Source: a virus. Taken from it: a stretch of 39,123 nt of DNA. Below are positions 31,294 to 38,259 of this stretch, piece by piece. The position numbers were made by a program, and so were the translations under genes. The stretch's first letter is position 1. Each line of letters begins with the position of its first letter. The notes under the pieces were generated by a model. It was not told the origin of the DNA, made no database searches, and worked only from the letters and a program-made list of their open reading frames with translations. The stretch covers positions 1 to 39,123 of the IMG/VR virus record IMGVR_UViG_3300034069_001319; one strand, given 5' to 3'.

Positions 31294-31662
31294 CTACAAA
31301 AAATCGAATAAACCAGGCCCACCAACTAAAAACCAATTTTCAGCATAATAAATAAAGTGTTGTACATCCCAACCACCCTGGGATGCTAAAGCATGAACAT
31401 GAGCGTATATTGTGTAATCTAAAAATTTTTTCATGGCCGATTCATTACGGCAAAAACAAATATCTGCTCGAAATGGTTGCTTATCAATACGCGCAAATGT
31501 AATGACATTATTATCATTAATGTTTTGACGGGCAAAGATAATACAATCATCATTCTTCGCTTGCGCCGGCAGATATACTTTGTCAATGTGCGGTTGCAAT
31601 ATATAGGTATGGTTAGGCTGTGCTATGATAATTGAGTCCATACCTTTGTCAATGTTAGTCAT
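31294..31662 (-). CDS. Hypothetical protein (122 aa)
   Basis: ORF only; low GC. Confidence 0.45.
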   Translation of the reverse strand: MTNIDKGMDSIIIAQPNHTYILQPHIDKVYLPAQAKNDDCIIFARQNINDNNVITFARIDKQPFRADICFCRNESAMKKFLDYTIYAHVHALASQGGWDVQHFIYYAENWFLVGGPGLFDFL

Positions 31663-31942
31663 CCTTCAATTTTTCATCCTTAGCCGCAAAATAAGCAAGC
31701 GCCATTAAGTTGTATAACAATTGCTGCACGCCTGCTAGTTTGTCAATTTCCTGCGTGCTGGATTCGTTTTTGTTGTCAGAAACAGTCATCAGAACGGCTT
31801 GCTGTAATGCAATAAAATCGTAATGTTTAACTATGAATTTATCAAATGCGTGACTTGCATTCGCACGCTCTGTTACTTCATCAAGCAGCTTTTTACCACC
31901 TGGCAACAATTCATCAAGTATGTCTTTCGCTATGTCTTTCAT
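31655..31942 (-). CDS. Hypothetical protein (95 aa)
   Basis: ORF only. Confidence 0.45.
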   Translation of the reverse strand: MKDIAKDILDELLPGGKKLLDEVTERANASHAFDKFIVKHYDFIALQQAVLMTVSDNKNESSTQEIDKLAGVQQLLYNLMALAYFAAKDEKLKDD

Positions 31943-31947
31943 GTGTA

Positions 31948-32739
31948 TTATTCCTGGCTATTGTCGTTTACAAACGCATTCCATAAATGCGTATAAATCA
32001 TCTGATGTGCAGCTTTTACTTGTGCTTCCCAAACAGCGCACGCTATTGGGTCTTTTTGGTCTAGTGTTTTGTAGGCTGTGAAAAACTGAAGCAATTGTGC
32101 GTTTAACTCATTAAGCCTTGCGTTTTGTCGATCATGTAATTGTTCTTTAACACGTGCTTCTTTTTTTGCTAATAATGGATTTTCACCTGCCTTAACCAAG
32201 GCGCGCCAAGCGTCCCGATTGACTCGTGCTTGACTTAAGCTAACCTCTGGATATACGCCCAAAGATGCGCACCGCACACGACCTGCATGCTTATATTTGA
32301 TGCGCCAATACTTACTACCTCGGGGGTGAATTTCCATGAACAAACCACCGCCATCGAAAAGTTTGTAAATACGTGCGCGGATAGGGGCTTCAGCTATAAC
32401 TTCTTCCCTTAAGACATTGATTCGCTTGTTTTGCGTTTGTTGTTTAGTCACTGGATTAGGCTGTGAAGCTATCTTTGGTTTTTCTGGTCTTGTGCTATAA
32501 GGCGATTTGACGCGCTCAACAGGTTTTAAAGTGCCATCTTGCAATAAACGTTCTAAATCGGCACGAGCCCAGGCAACATTGCGCGCTCCAAGATAGACAG
32601 GCTTTGGATAAATGCCTGTTTTGATACCCGCATACCAAGTTGTGCGCCCAACCGGGAACACGGCTTTTATAGGCGGGTTATTATTTTTATCACCTAAGAT
32701 TTCACGTATTTTGAAAAATGGTTTATCTGGTAGATACAT
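31948..32739 (-). CDS. AlpA-type HTH fused to an integrase arm-binding N-domain (DUF4102-like); no recombinase catalytic domain (263 aa)
   Basis: FFKIREILG...VGRTTWYAGIKTGIYPKPVYLGARNVAWARADLERLL fits the AlpA/HTH_17 pattern. KLFDGGGLFMEIHPRGSKYWRIKYKHAGRVRCASLGVYPEVSLSQARVNRDAWRALVKAGENP fits the P4-type integrase N-terminal arm-binding pattern. The protein ends about 65 aa later. Confidence 0.7.
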   Translation of the reverse strand: MYLPDKPFFKIREILGDKNNNPPIKAVFPVGRTTWYAGIKTGIYPKPVYLGARNVAWARADLERLLQDGTLKPVERVKSPYSTRPEKPKIASQPNPVTKQQTQNKRINVLREEVIAEAPIRARIYKLFDGGGLFMEIHPRGSKYWRIKYKHAGRVRCASLGVYPEVSLSQARVNRDAWRALVKAGENPLLAKKEARVKEQLHDRQNARLNELNAQLLQFFTAYKTLDQKDPIACAVWEAQVKAAHQMIYTHLWNAFVNDNSQE

Positions 32740-32741
32740 AG

Positions 32742-32939
32742 CTATAAGCTCTTTATTTCTGTTGTAAATGTTGCTAATTCTTTAATAACTTCATCGACCT
32801 GAGCATATGCCTTAATATATGCACCTTGCATCAGATGCTCACGAACTTCTTTAAATTGTTGCACAATTGGTTCGATGAATTCTATAAAATAACGATTCAA
32901 CTGCGCTTGGCTGCATTTTGCAGGCGGGGCTTCATGCAT
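32742..32939 (-). CDS. Hypothetical protein (65 aa)
   Basis: ORF only. Confidence 0.4.
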   Translation of the reverse strand: MHEAPPAKCSQAQLNRYFIEFIEPIVQQFKEVREHLMQGAYIKAYAQVDEVIKELATFTTEIKSL

Positions 32940-33438
32940 ATTTCACCATGGCTTGATAATAGAATTCATCCTTATCTTCATCTAGGCTCACGCAAATCCC
33001 TCCCTGAGGTACCCAGTTATCACGTATAGCCTCTTTTACGCTTAACTCAAATCGCTTGTAATCTAATGAGGTGATTGTTTTATAATCTATGACTTTTTTA
33101 CTTGCTTGCGCCTGACTTACATTGTGACTTACCGGTTTTGTCGGCATATTGCTTTGCAGGCCGTATGTTTCAATTGAGTCTTTCGTGTGTGTTTTGTTAT
33201 TAACAAATTCAACAAAAGCACTTGTAAACTCGTGAGAGCAAACATTTCGTTGTAAAACAGCTTTTTGACATAAGTTTACGCATATATAGCCATAATGCTT
33301 AAATTGCAAAGTTAATTCATGCAAACCTGGTCCGATGTTGTGTTTTCTAATGAGGTTTTCTATAAGGTCAAACAGTGGGGCTGCTTTTTCCATTGCGGCG
33401 GCATCATTATCTATGTCAAGTTTGATTAATTCTTTCAT
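32932..33438 (-). CDS. Hypothetical protein (168 aa) with a DUF1737-like C-terminus
   Basis: The C-terminus DYKRFELSVKEAIRDNWVPQGGICVSLDEDKDEFYYQAMVKY resembles the DUF1737 pattern (..GW.P.GG......y.QAM). Confidence 0.45.
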   Translation of the reverse strand: MKELIKLDIDNDAAAMEKAAPLFDLIENLIRKHNIGPGLHELTLQFKHYGYICVNLCQKAVLQRNVCSHEFTSAFVEFVNNKTHTKDSIETYGLQSNMPTKPVSHNVSQAQASKKVIDYKTITSLDYKRFELSVKEAIRDNWVPQGGICVSLDEDKDEFYYQAMVKYA

Positions 33439-33462
33439 TCATCGCATCCTTCATTTGTTTCA

Positions 33463-33657
33463 TTAGTCTTTTAAAAAACGGTCTAAGCAATCAACTAATT
33501 TGCGCCTTTGAAAAACACCCTGGCCACGTGGCCACAACACTTCAATATCCCAATACTTGCGCGGTATCATGCAGTGGGCTTGAGACACCACAACTTCAAG
33601 CTCATCGCGAGTCTCTTTGCGCAGATAATAAATGGTTCTAGAATTTCTAATTCCCAT
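33463..33657 (-). CDS. Hypothetical protein (64 aa)
   Basis: ATG at 33657 (MGIRNSRTIYYLRK...), with an 11-nt overlap with the upstream gene. Confidence 0.4.
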   Translation of the reverse strand: MGIRNSRTIYYLRKETRDELEVVVSQAHCMIPRKYWDIEVLWPRGQGVFQRRKLVDCLDRFLKD

Positions 33658-33868
33658 CGGTTTTGAGCTCTTGACTTGCAGCTTGTAGGGCATTGAGCTT
33701 CTCAAGCACATATTGCCGATAGCCAAAATTAAAATCTTTAAGCAAGTCAGCGATTAATATTAGCTTTTCATCGAGTGTTTTATGTGAAAGTTTACGTTTA
33801 TAGTTATTAGCAATCAAAAAATCATCTTTGATTCTATCTAGCAGAAAATCTTCAACCTTTTTTGCCAT
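33647..33868 (-). CDS. Hypothetical protein (73 aa)
   Basis: ORF only. Confidence 0.4.
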   Translation of the reverse strand: MAKKVEDFLLDRIKDDFLIANNYKRKLSHKTLDEKLILIADLLKDFNFGYRQYVLEKLNALQAASQELKTDGN

Positions 33869-34046
33869 TTTTAGCCCCTTTTGTAAGCTTTAACCCTTCA
33901 AGGATGAAAGTGCGTATGATATGCGCCCTGGAATAACGTAATCTTTTAGCCAATTTGCAGACCTCGGCATAATCACGCACATGCACTTCAAGGCCTAATT
34001 TTTGCCTCGGTAAGTCTATTGTTAATAATTCATTGTCAAAATTCAT
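33852..34046 (-). CDS. Ribbon-helix-helix (CopG/Arc-like) regulator candidate; first gene of the leftward early operon
   Basis: MNFDNELLTIDLPRQKLGLEVHVRDYAEVCKLAKRLRYSRAHIIRTFILEGL shows a beta strand followed by two helices with the S-R-x-x-I-I-R signature. An alternative ATG lies at 34061. Confidence 0.5.
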   Translation of the reverse strand: MNFDNELLTIDLPRQKLGLEVHVRDYAEVCKLAKRLRYSRAHIIRTFILEGLKLTKGAKNGKKG

Positions 34047-34055
34047 GGTGTTCTC

Positions 34056-34084
34056 TTGCATTATAAAAACCACCAGCATATACT
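34056..34084 (+). promoter_or_regulatory. Sigma70-like promoter for the rightward recombination operon: TTGCAT, 17 nt, TATACT
   Basis: The -35 lies at 34056-34061 and the -10 at 34079-34084. The -10 sits inside the conserved 13-mer at 34075-34087. An AAGGGA RBS and the ATG at 34114 follow. Confidence 0.45.
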
Positions 34085-34113
34085 AGCGACCTATAGAATA
34101 CAAGGGATCAGCT

Positions 34114-34347
34114 ATGTACACCATCAACCTACAAGAAGTCAGGCATTTGCACAAATTAAGCTTAGAGGCTTTAAACCAATTAGGCTTAATCCACCAAGAC
34201 CACGCTTTGAGCCCAGGGCTTTTGGAGCGTCACCTGCAAGCGGCTAAACACGCGCTTAATGCCTTGCTTGCAGACTTGGGCGTTTTTATTGCCATACTTA
34301 ATGATGATGAAAAGATGAGCCTACCAAAGGATGCAGAAGATGCATGA
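34114..34347 (+). CDS. Hypothetical protein (77 aa), first gene of the rightward operon
   Basis: ORF with an AAGGGA RBS. Confidence 0.5.
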   Translation: MYTINLQEVRHLHKLSLEALNQLGLIHQDHALSPGLLERHLQAAKHALNALLADLGVFIAILNDDEKMSLPKDAEDA

Positions 34348-34591
34348 TGAAAGCGTGTTGGTTGATGCTTTGAGGCGCGCGGAAACCATCGGTAACAGAC
34401 TTTTGCAACAAGATGCTATGCAAGGTGCAATGAAAACCTATCAGGACGAACTGGCAGCACTCTCAACGCTTTTGTGCATGAAAAGTGCAATGGGTGATCC
34501 AAAACGCTTTCCTGAGATGATTCACGACATTGTTATAAATGCTTTTCTCCTTGGTATTAACGCCGCAAACAAAAAAGGATTAGAATCATGA
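34331..34591 (+). CDS. Hypothetical protein (86 aa)
   Basis: ORF only. An alternative ATG lies at 34340. Confidence 0.45.
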   Translation: MQKMHDESVLVDALRRAETIGNRLLQQDAMQGAMKTYQDELAALSTLLCMKSAMGDPKRFPEMIHDIVINAFLLGINAANKKGLES

Positions 34592-35178
34592 ACGACATCA
34601 TATCTTTACTGCGTCAAATGCAACTTGCAATAAAATGCCCGAAAAAAAAGAAAAATGAGTATGCCGGATACATGTATCGCACTTGCGATGACATTATGGA
34701 AGCGGCCAATAAAGCCATCCCTGAAGCTTGCTCAGTCGGCGTCAGTGATGAGGTGGTCCTCATTGGTGAGCGCTATTATGTCAAAGCAACAGCATCTTTT
34801 CTGCATGCCGGACAAAGCATTGACCGCACAGGATACGCCCGCGAACCTCTCGTTAAAAAGGGTCAAGATGAGCCGCAAATCACCGGAACCGCAAGTTCTT
34901 ATGCCCGTAAGTTAGCTTTAAGCGGGCTTTTGATGCTTGATGATGGGGTAGATGATGACGCAACCAATATGCACATTGAGCCTATGACCCCACCGGGTAA
35001 GCCCATTGAGGGCCTAAGCGTTATTGAAAATCTGCGCAATGAAATAAAAATACGCCAAAATATCAATCCTAGTTACAAAAGGGCGGTTGAGGTGGTACTC
35101 ACTAAAAAAGATAAAAAGTTGAACGACTTAGATGAAGAAGGGTTAGAGTGGCTACTGAAATTAAGTCTTAAGGATTGA
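34588..35178 (+). CDS. erf: ERF-family single-strand annealing recombinase
   Basis: YMYRTCDDIMEAANKAI...VSDEVVLIGERYYVKATASF...QITGTASSYARKLALSGLLMLDDGVDDD closely parallels P22 Erf as I recall it (YKYRSCEDILEGVKPLL, SDEIVLIGDRYYVKATATI, QVTGATSSYARKY.LNGLFGIDD). Confidence 0.85.
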   Translation: MNDIISLLRQMQLAIKCPKKKKNEYAGYMYRTCDDIMEAANKAIPEACSVGVSDEVVLIGERYYVKATASFLHAGQSIDRTGYAREPLVKKGQDEPQITGTASSYARKLALSGLLMLDDGVDDDATNMHIEPMTPPGKPIEGLSVIENLRNEIKIRQNINPSYKRAVEVVLTKKDKKLNDLDEEGLEWLLKLSLKD

Positions 35179-35180
35179 GA

Positions 35181-35654
35181 ATGACCGTGCTTACTGAAGG
35201 GCTTGCCGATTTTACCATTGAATGGATTGAGCAGCATGTATCACGTGCGGGTAATCTGAGCATCAAGCTGAAACTAAAGCTCGTAAAAGATGACCAGACG
35301 ACAATCGCCTACGAGTATTTGTCTCATGGTTCACGCAAACGCCTACAAAGCTTTTGTGACTCTCTACAAGTGCCTTTGCCTGAAGGCCGGCTTGTAGATT
35401 GCGACAATCGCGCTTTGCTGCAACTAAAAGGGGCCACGGGAGTTGCGCGTATTCGCGTTGAGCAAAGTGATGGTTACCCTGAGCGTAATCGAGTATCTCT
35501 ATGGCTCAAACCTGAAAGCAAATCGGACAAGCATCAGCAAAGCCTAGACAACTTACAAAATCAAGTCGATTTTATAAAGAATAATCCGGTGCATAACAAG
35601 CACATAGAGGCAAATTCTGATATAGCTATTAATTTGGATGATGTGCCCTTTTAA
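35181..35654 (+). CDS. DUF669-like putative ssDNA-binding protein with an SSB-type C-terminal DDVPF tail
   Basis: ATG at 35181 with an AAGGA RBS. It ends ...INLDDVPF, resembling the bacterial SSB acidic tip DDDIPF. It follows erf directly. Confidence 0.5.
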   Translation: MTVLTEGLADFTIEWIEQHVSRAGNLSIKLKLKLVKDDQTTIAYEYLSHGSRKRLQSFCDSLQVPLPEGRLVDCDNRALLQLKGATGVARIRVEQSDGYPERNRVSLWLKPESKSDKHQQSLDNLQNQVDFIKNNPVHNKHIEANSDIAINLDDVPF

Positions 35655-35665
35655 GGACAAGTTGC

Positions 35666-35836
35666 ATGAATGATAAAATAAGACAAGCCTTGGATGCATT
35701 AGATGCTTTGTGCGTTGAGCTTGAAGCAGAAGAGGTCTGGTGGGCGGCAGCTAAGCTTGGTATTATTGAGGGAATTTTGCGGCAAGAATTGGCTGATGGT
35801 GAATCATGGATAGCGACAGCTACAGAGAAACTGTAG
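35666..35836 (+). CDS. Small ORF (56 aa)
   Basis: My translation is MNDKIRQALDALDALCVELEAEEVWWAAAKLGIIEGILRQELADGESWIATATEKL. Confidence 0.35.
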   Translation: MNDKIRQALDALDALCVELEAEEVWWAAAKLGIIEGILRQELADGESWIATATEKL

Positions 35837-35976
35837 AAATACTTATTTGTCTTTTTGTGTGCCTTATCCTCATCCTCGTCATGACAGCTTTCATGTTTTT
35901 ACATGGGACTGACAAGAAGCAATTATATAAACATCTAAAATTTGAAAGCCTTGAGAATGTGCAACACTCAAGTTAG
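35806..35976 (+). CDS. Small single-pass membrane ORF (56 aa)
   Basis: My translation is MDSDSYRETVEILICLFVCLILILVMTAFMFLHGTDKKQLYKHLKFESLENVQHSS. Confidence 0.35.
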   Translation: MDSDSYRETVEILICLFVCLILILVMTAFMFLHGTDKKQLYKHLKFESLENVQHSS

Positions 35977-36028
35977 CCTTATACCATCTTCCATGATAAC
36001 GTTACATCAATAAAAAAAGGAAAACAGC

Positions 36029-36373
36029 ATGCAAAAAAATGGCTTCAGTGATGATGAGCTTGCAAAAGTTTGGGAGTCTTTTAAAGCGTTTGCAAGCCTC
36101 GAAGAGTTTTTAGAATTCCATGAGTACGACAACGGTTGCGAGCCGCAAGAACTTGCTGAGAACCGTGCTTGGCTTTTGCAAATGACAAGTTTAGAGCGCT
36201 GGTTCTACCATGCTTTAAGTACCCTATCAAGCAATTGCTCTAATTTAGAGTACGAGACCCATCTGCACAAAAGCTGGACGTTTCGTCAGCTCTATCATTT
36301 AGCTAATGGTGCACACTTGGCAGATTTCATGGACGGCTGGGGCTTTGCTGAATGGAAAAAAAACGGTTTATAA
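36029..36373 (+). CDS. Hypothetical protein (114 aa)
   Basis: ORF with an AAAGGAAAA RBS region. Confidence 0.5.
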   Translation: MQKNGFSDDELAKVWESFKAFASLEEFLEFHEYDNGCEPQELAENRAWLLQMTSLERWFYHALSTLSSNCSNLEYETHLHKSWTFRQLYHLANGAHLADFMDGWGFAEWKKNGL

Positions 36374-36910
36374 TTTAGCCAGTCGATGAAGCCAACCGCC
36401 GTAGAACACACTTTGTGTTTTATCGCGCTCTACAATATGCGCATAGTATTTGGCGTTTAACACTTTGTAGGTACTCAGCAAATCAGTAGCTGCCCGTGCA
36501 TTGGTGGCCGCTATCGTCAAAGGCCCAAGCAGGCCATCTAAGCGCAATTTGAGGCGTGGATTAATTTGCATCAAAGCTTGTTGCAGCAGTATTACGGCTT
36601 CCATTGCGCCTAGATTTACAGCTTGGCAAAAAAGTAGGGTGCCAATGCGTTGCGCGGTTATTTTGTCGAGTTTCAGAGGCGTCCAAAAAACAGCCTTCAG
36701 TAAGTCATCGCGTTCAAGCTGTGTCATGGCTTGTAAATCATGGGCAGATATCTTGCCGTCGTGGTCAAAATCCCCGCTTAGAGCTGTTTGTGTTTGTAAA
36801 AAGCGCAGGGAAATCCCTGCACGGGTTACCCCGCCTTTATCAAACTTTTGCGTACTCCAACCACCTTCCAGCTCGTCAAGCACTTTTAGTGCGGTGTTGA
36901 AGTCAGCCAT
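36368..36910 (-). CDS. Endolysin: GH108 muramidase-type N-domain plus PG_binding_3-type C-domain
   Basis: FNTALKVLDELEGGWSTQKFDKGGVTRAGIS carries the EGG catalytic motif. ...LQQAL...LRLDGLLGPLTIAATN...FYGGWLHR follows. The ATG at 36910 overlaps the fibre gene stop as TGATG. Confidence 0.8.
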   Translation of the reverse strand: MADFNTALKVLDELEGGWSTQKFDKGGVTRAGISLRFLQTQTALSGDFDHDGKISAHDLQAMTQLERDDLLKAVFWTPLKLDKITAQRIGTLLFCQAVNLGAMEAVILLQQALMQINPRLKLRLDGLLGPLTIAATNARAATDLLSTYKVLNAKYYAHIVERDKTQSVFYGGWLHRLAKL

Positions 36911-38070
36911 CAAACAGGCGTCGCATCGAGTGTTAAATGAACTTGATGATTATTGTTGGTGTTCATGATCGTCAAGCCTTGTGAGTTAACGCTGACAATG
37001 CTTGTTTGACTTGTTGGGTTCGCATTGGTCAGTACATTGACCGTAGGGGCAAAATACATGGGCAGCCCGAAGCCAAAGTAATTAGTGGAGGGCACCACAA
37101 TTTGTGTGCTTGAACCGTCACTTGGGGCGTAGTTGTAAAAAGAAAAGGCATTGAGATAGATGTATCCGGGGCTTGAGGGCGTGGCGGTTGCTGGGTCGAC
37201 ATTAAGGTCTAAAGTCTTGCGATAAAATATCAAGCAAGCTCTATATTCGTCAAAATAATCGGGATAGGCATAGGTTTGCGGGCTCGTGCTCAATTGGCGC
37301 TTAGCAACGACAAAGCCATCCAGAGCGCCTGCTTGTCCGCTAGGTGTCCAAGTAAAACCAACATAAACTTGCGTGTAAGCGGCAGCCAAAACCTGCGGGA
37401 TTGTAAGAGTGAAATTTTGAAAACTGGTAGTTAGATTTAAGGTCTCAGTTGCCAGCACACTAGAGCTTGCAAAGCCTGTACCTAAATAGGACACAGCCGC
37501 CCCTTGGCTTGAAGTGCCACCAATGATTTGTGCGGTCAGCGTACCTGTAAAATCAGCAAGCTTTTGCGCTGCAAAGTTAAACACCAGCTCATTATCAATA
37601 AGTGAAACGGTAATTTCTGGCACCACTGTTTGACCGTAGTTAACTGGAGTGACGACACTGGAATTTGGTGTGCGCTGTATCTGGATGCCAGTAGCTGGAA
37701 TGTTGTCAGGCCCCATAACTTGCGAGACGCTAACAGGAGTCCCATTGGTCTGGATGGCCCAACAATCATCGACATATCGCGTAATGGCATTGGGTAGCGT
37801 GAACACAGCCGCTCCAGATGCGCCGCGTTGCGCAAACAGGCCACTGCCGTTAATCAAATAATTGCGATTGGTGCTTGCAGTACCATTGCCACTTGAACCT
37901 GCTTGCAGCGCTTGAAATTCAGCGACAAAAGCCGGGTCAAAACTGATGACTGGGGTGGTGGTGGGGCTTGTGACTGTAATTTGGTTTACGGTGCCTGTCA
38001 CTTGAGTGACCGTGCCCTCCCCTCCCCCGCCGGTCGTTGTGCCATCAACGGTAAATGCTGATGTTGTCAT
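36910..38070 (-). CDS. Type-B tail-fibre/receptor-binding paralog (386 aa)
   Basis: NYLINGSGLFAQRGASG, YRACLIFYRKTLDLNVDPAT and the C-terminal HQVHLTLDATPV align with the other two type-B proteins. Confidence 0.7.
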   Translation of the reverse strand: MTTSAFTVDGTTTGGGGEGTVTQVTGTVNQITVTSPTTTPVISFDPAFVAEFQALQAGSSGNGTASTNRNYLINGSGLFAQRGASGAAVFTLPNAITRYVDDCWAIQTNGTPVSVSQVMGPDNIPATGIQIQRTPNSSVVTPVNYGQTVVPEITVSLIDNELVFNFAAQKLADFTGTLTAQIIGGTSSQGAAVSYLGTGFASSSVLATETLNLTTSFQNFTLTIPQVLAAAYTQVYVGFTWTPSGQAGALDGFVVAKRQLSTSPQTYAYPDYFDEYRACLIFYRKTLDLNVDPATATPSSPGYIYLNAFSFYNYAPSDGSSTQIVVPSTNYFGFGLPMYFAPTVNVLTNANPTSQTSIVSVNSQGLTIMNTNNNHQVHLTLDATPV

Positions 38071-38249
38071 TTGGCGCTCCCTTTATTTGTGCTACTTAAA
38101 ATGGTTTGTTGCGCCTGATTGCCTAGAGCCAGCCAATGCAAATAGGCGCAATAGGCCGGATTGCGCTTGTCTTGCGGTATATATTGGCCTGTTTCCAGAT
38201 TCTGTATGCAAAATATGTGGTTCTGCTCATCAACTAATTGGGTATACAT
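38067..38249 (-). CDS. Small protein (60 aa) between two type-B fibre genes
   Basis: Its stop overlaps the downstream ATG as ATGA. No function is assigned. Confidence 0.45.
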   Translation of the reverse strand: MYTQLVDEQNHIFCIQNLETGQYIPQDKRNPAYCAYLHWLALGNQAQQTILSSTNKGSAK

Positions 38250-38259
38250 ATTTTATCCT

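Noticed and set aside
31948-32739. Calling this ORF an integrase
   Set aside because: Only the arm-binding N-domain signature is present. The protein is 263 aa with no core-binding or catalytic (R, HxxR, Y) region.
35806-35976. Single-TM 56-aa ORF as the holin
   Set aside because: It is on the opposite strand and operon from the endolysin, has only one TM segment, and I recognised no holin family signature. It is kept as a low-confidence small ORF only.
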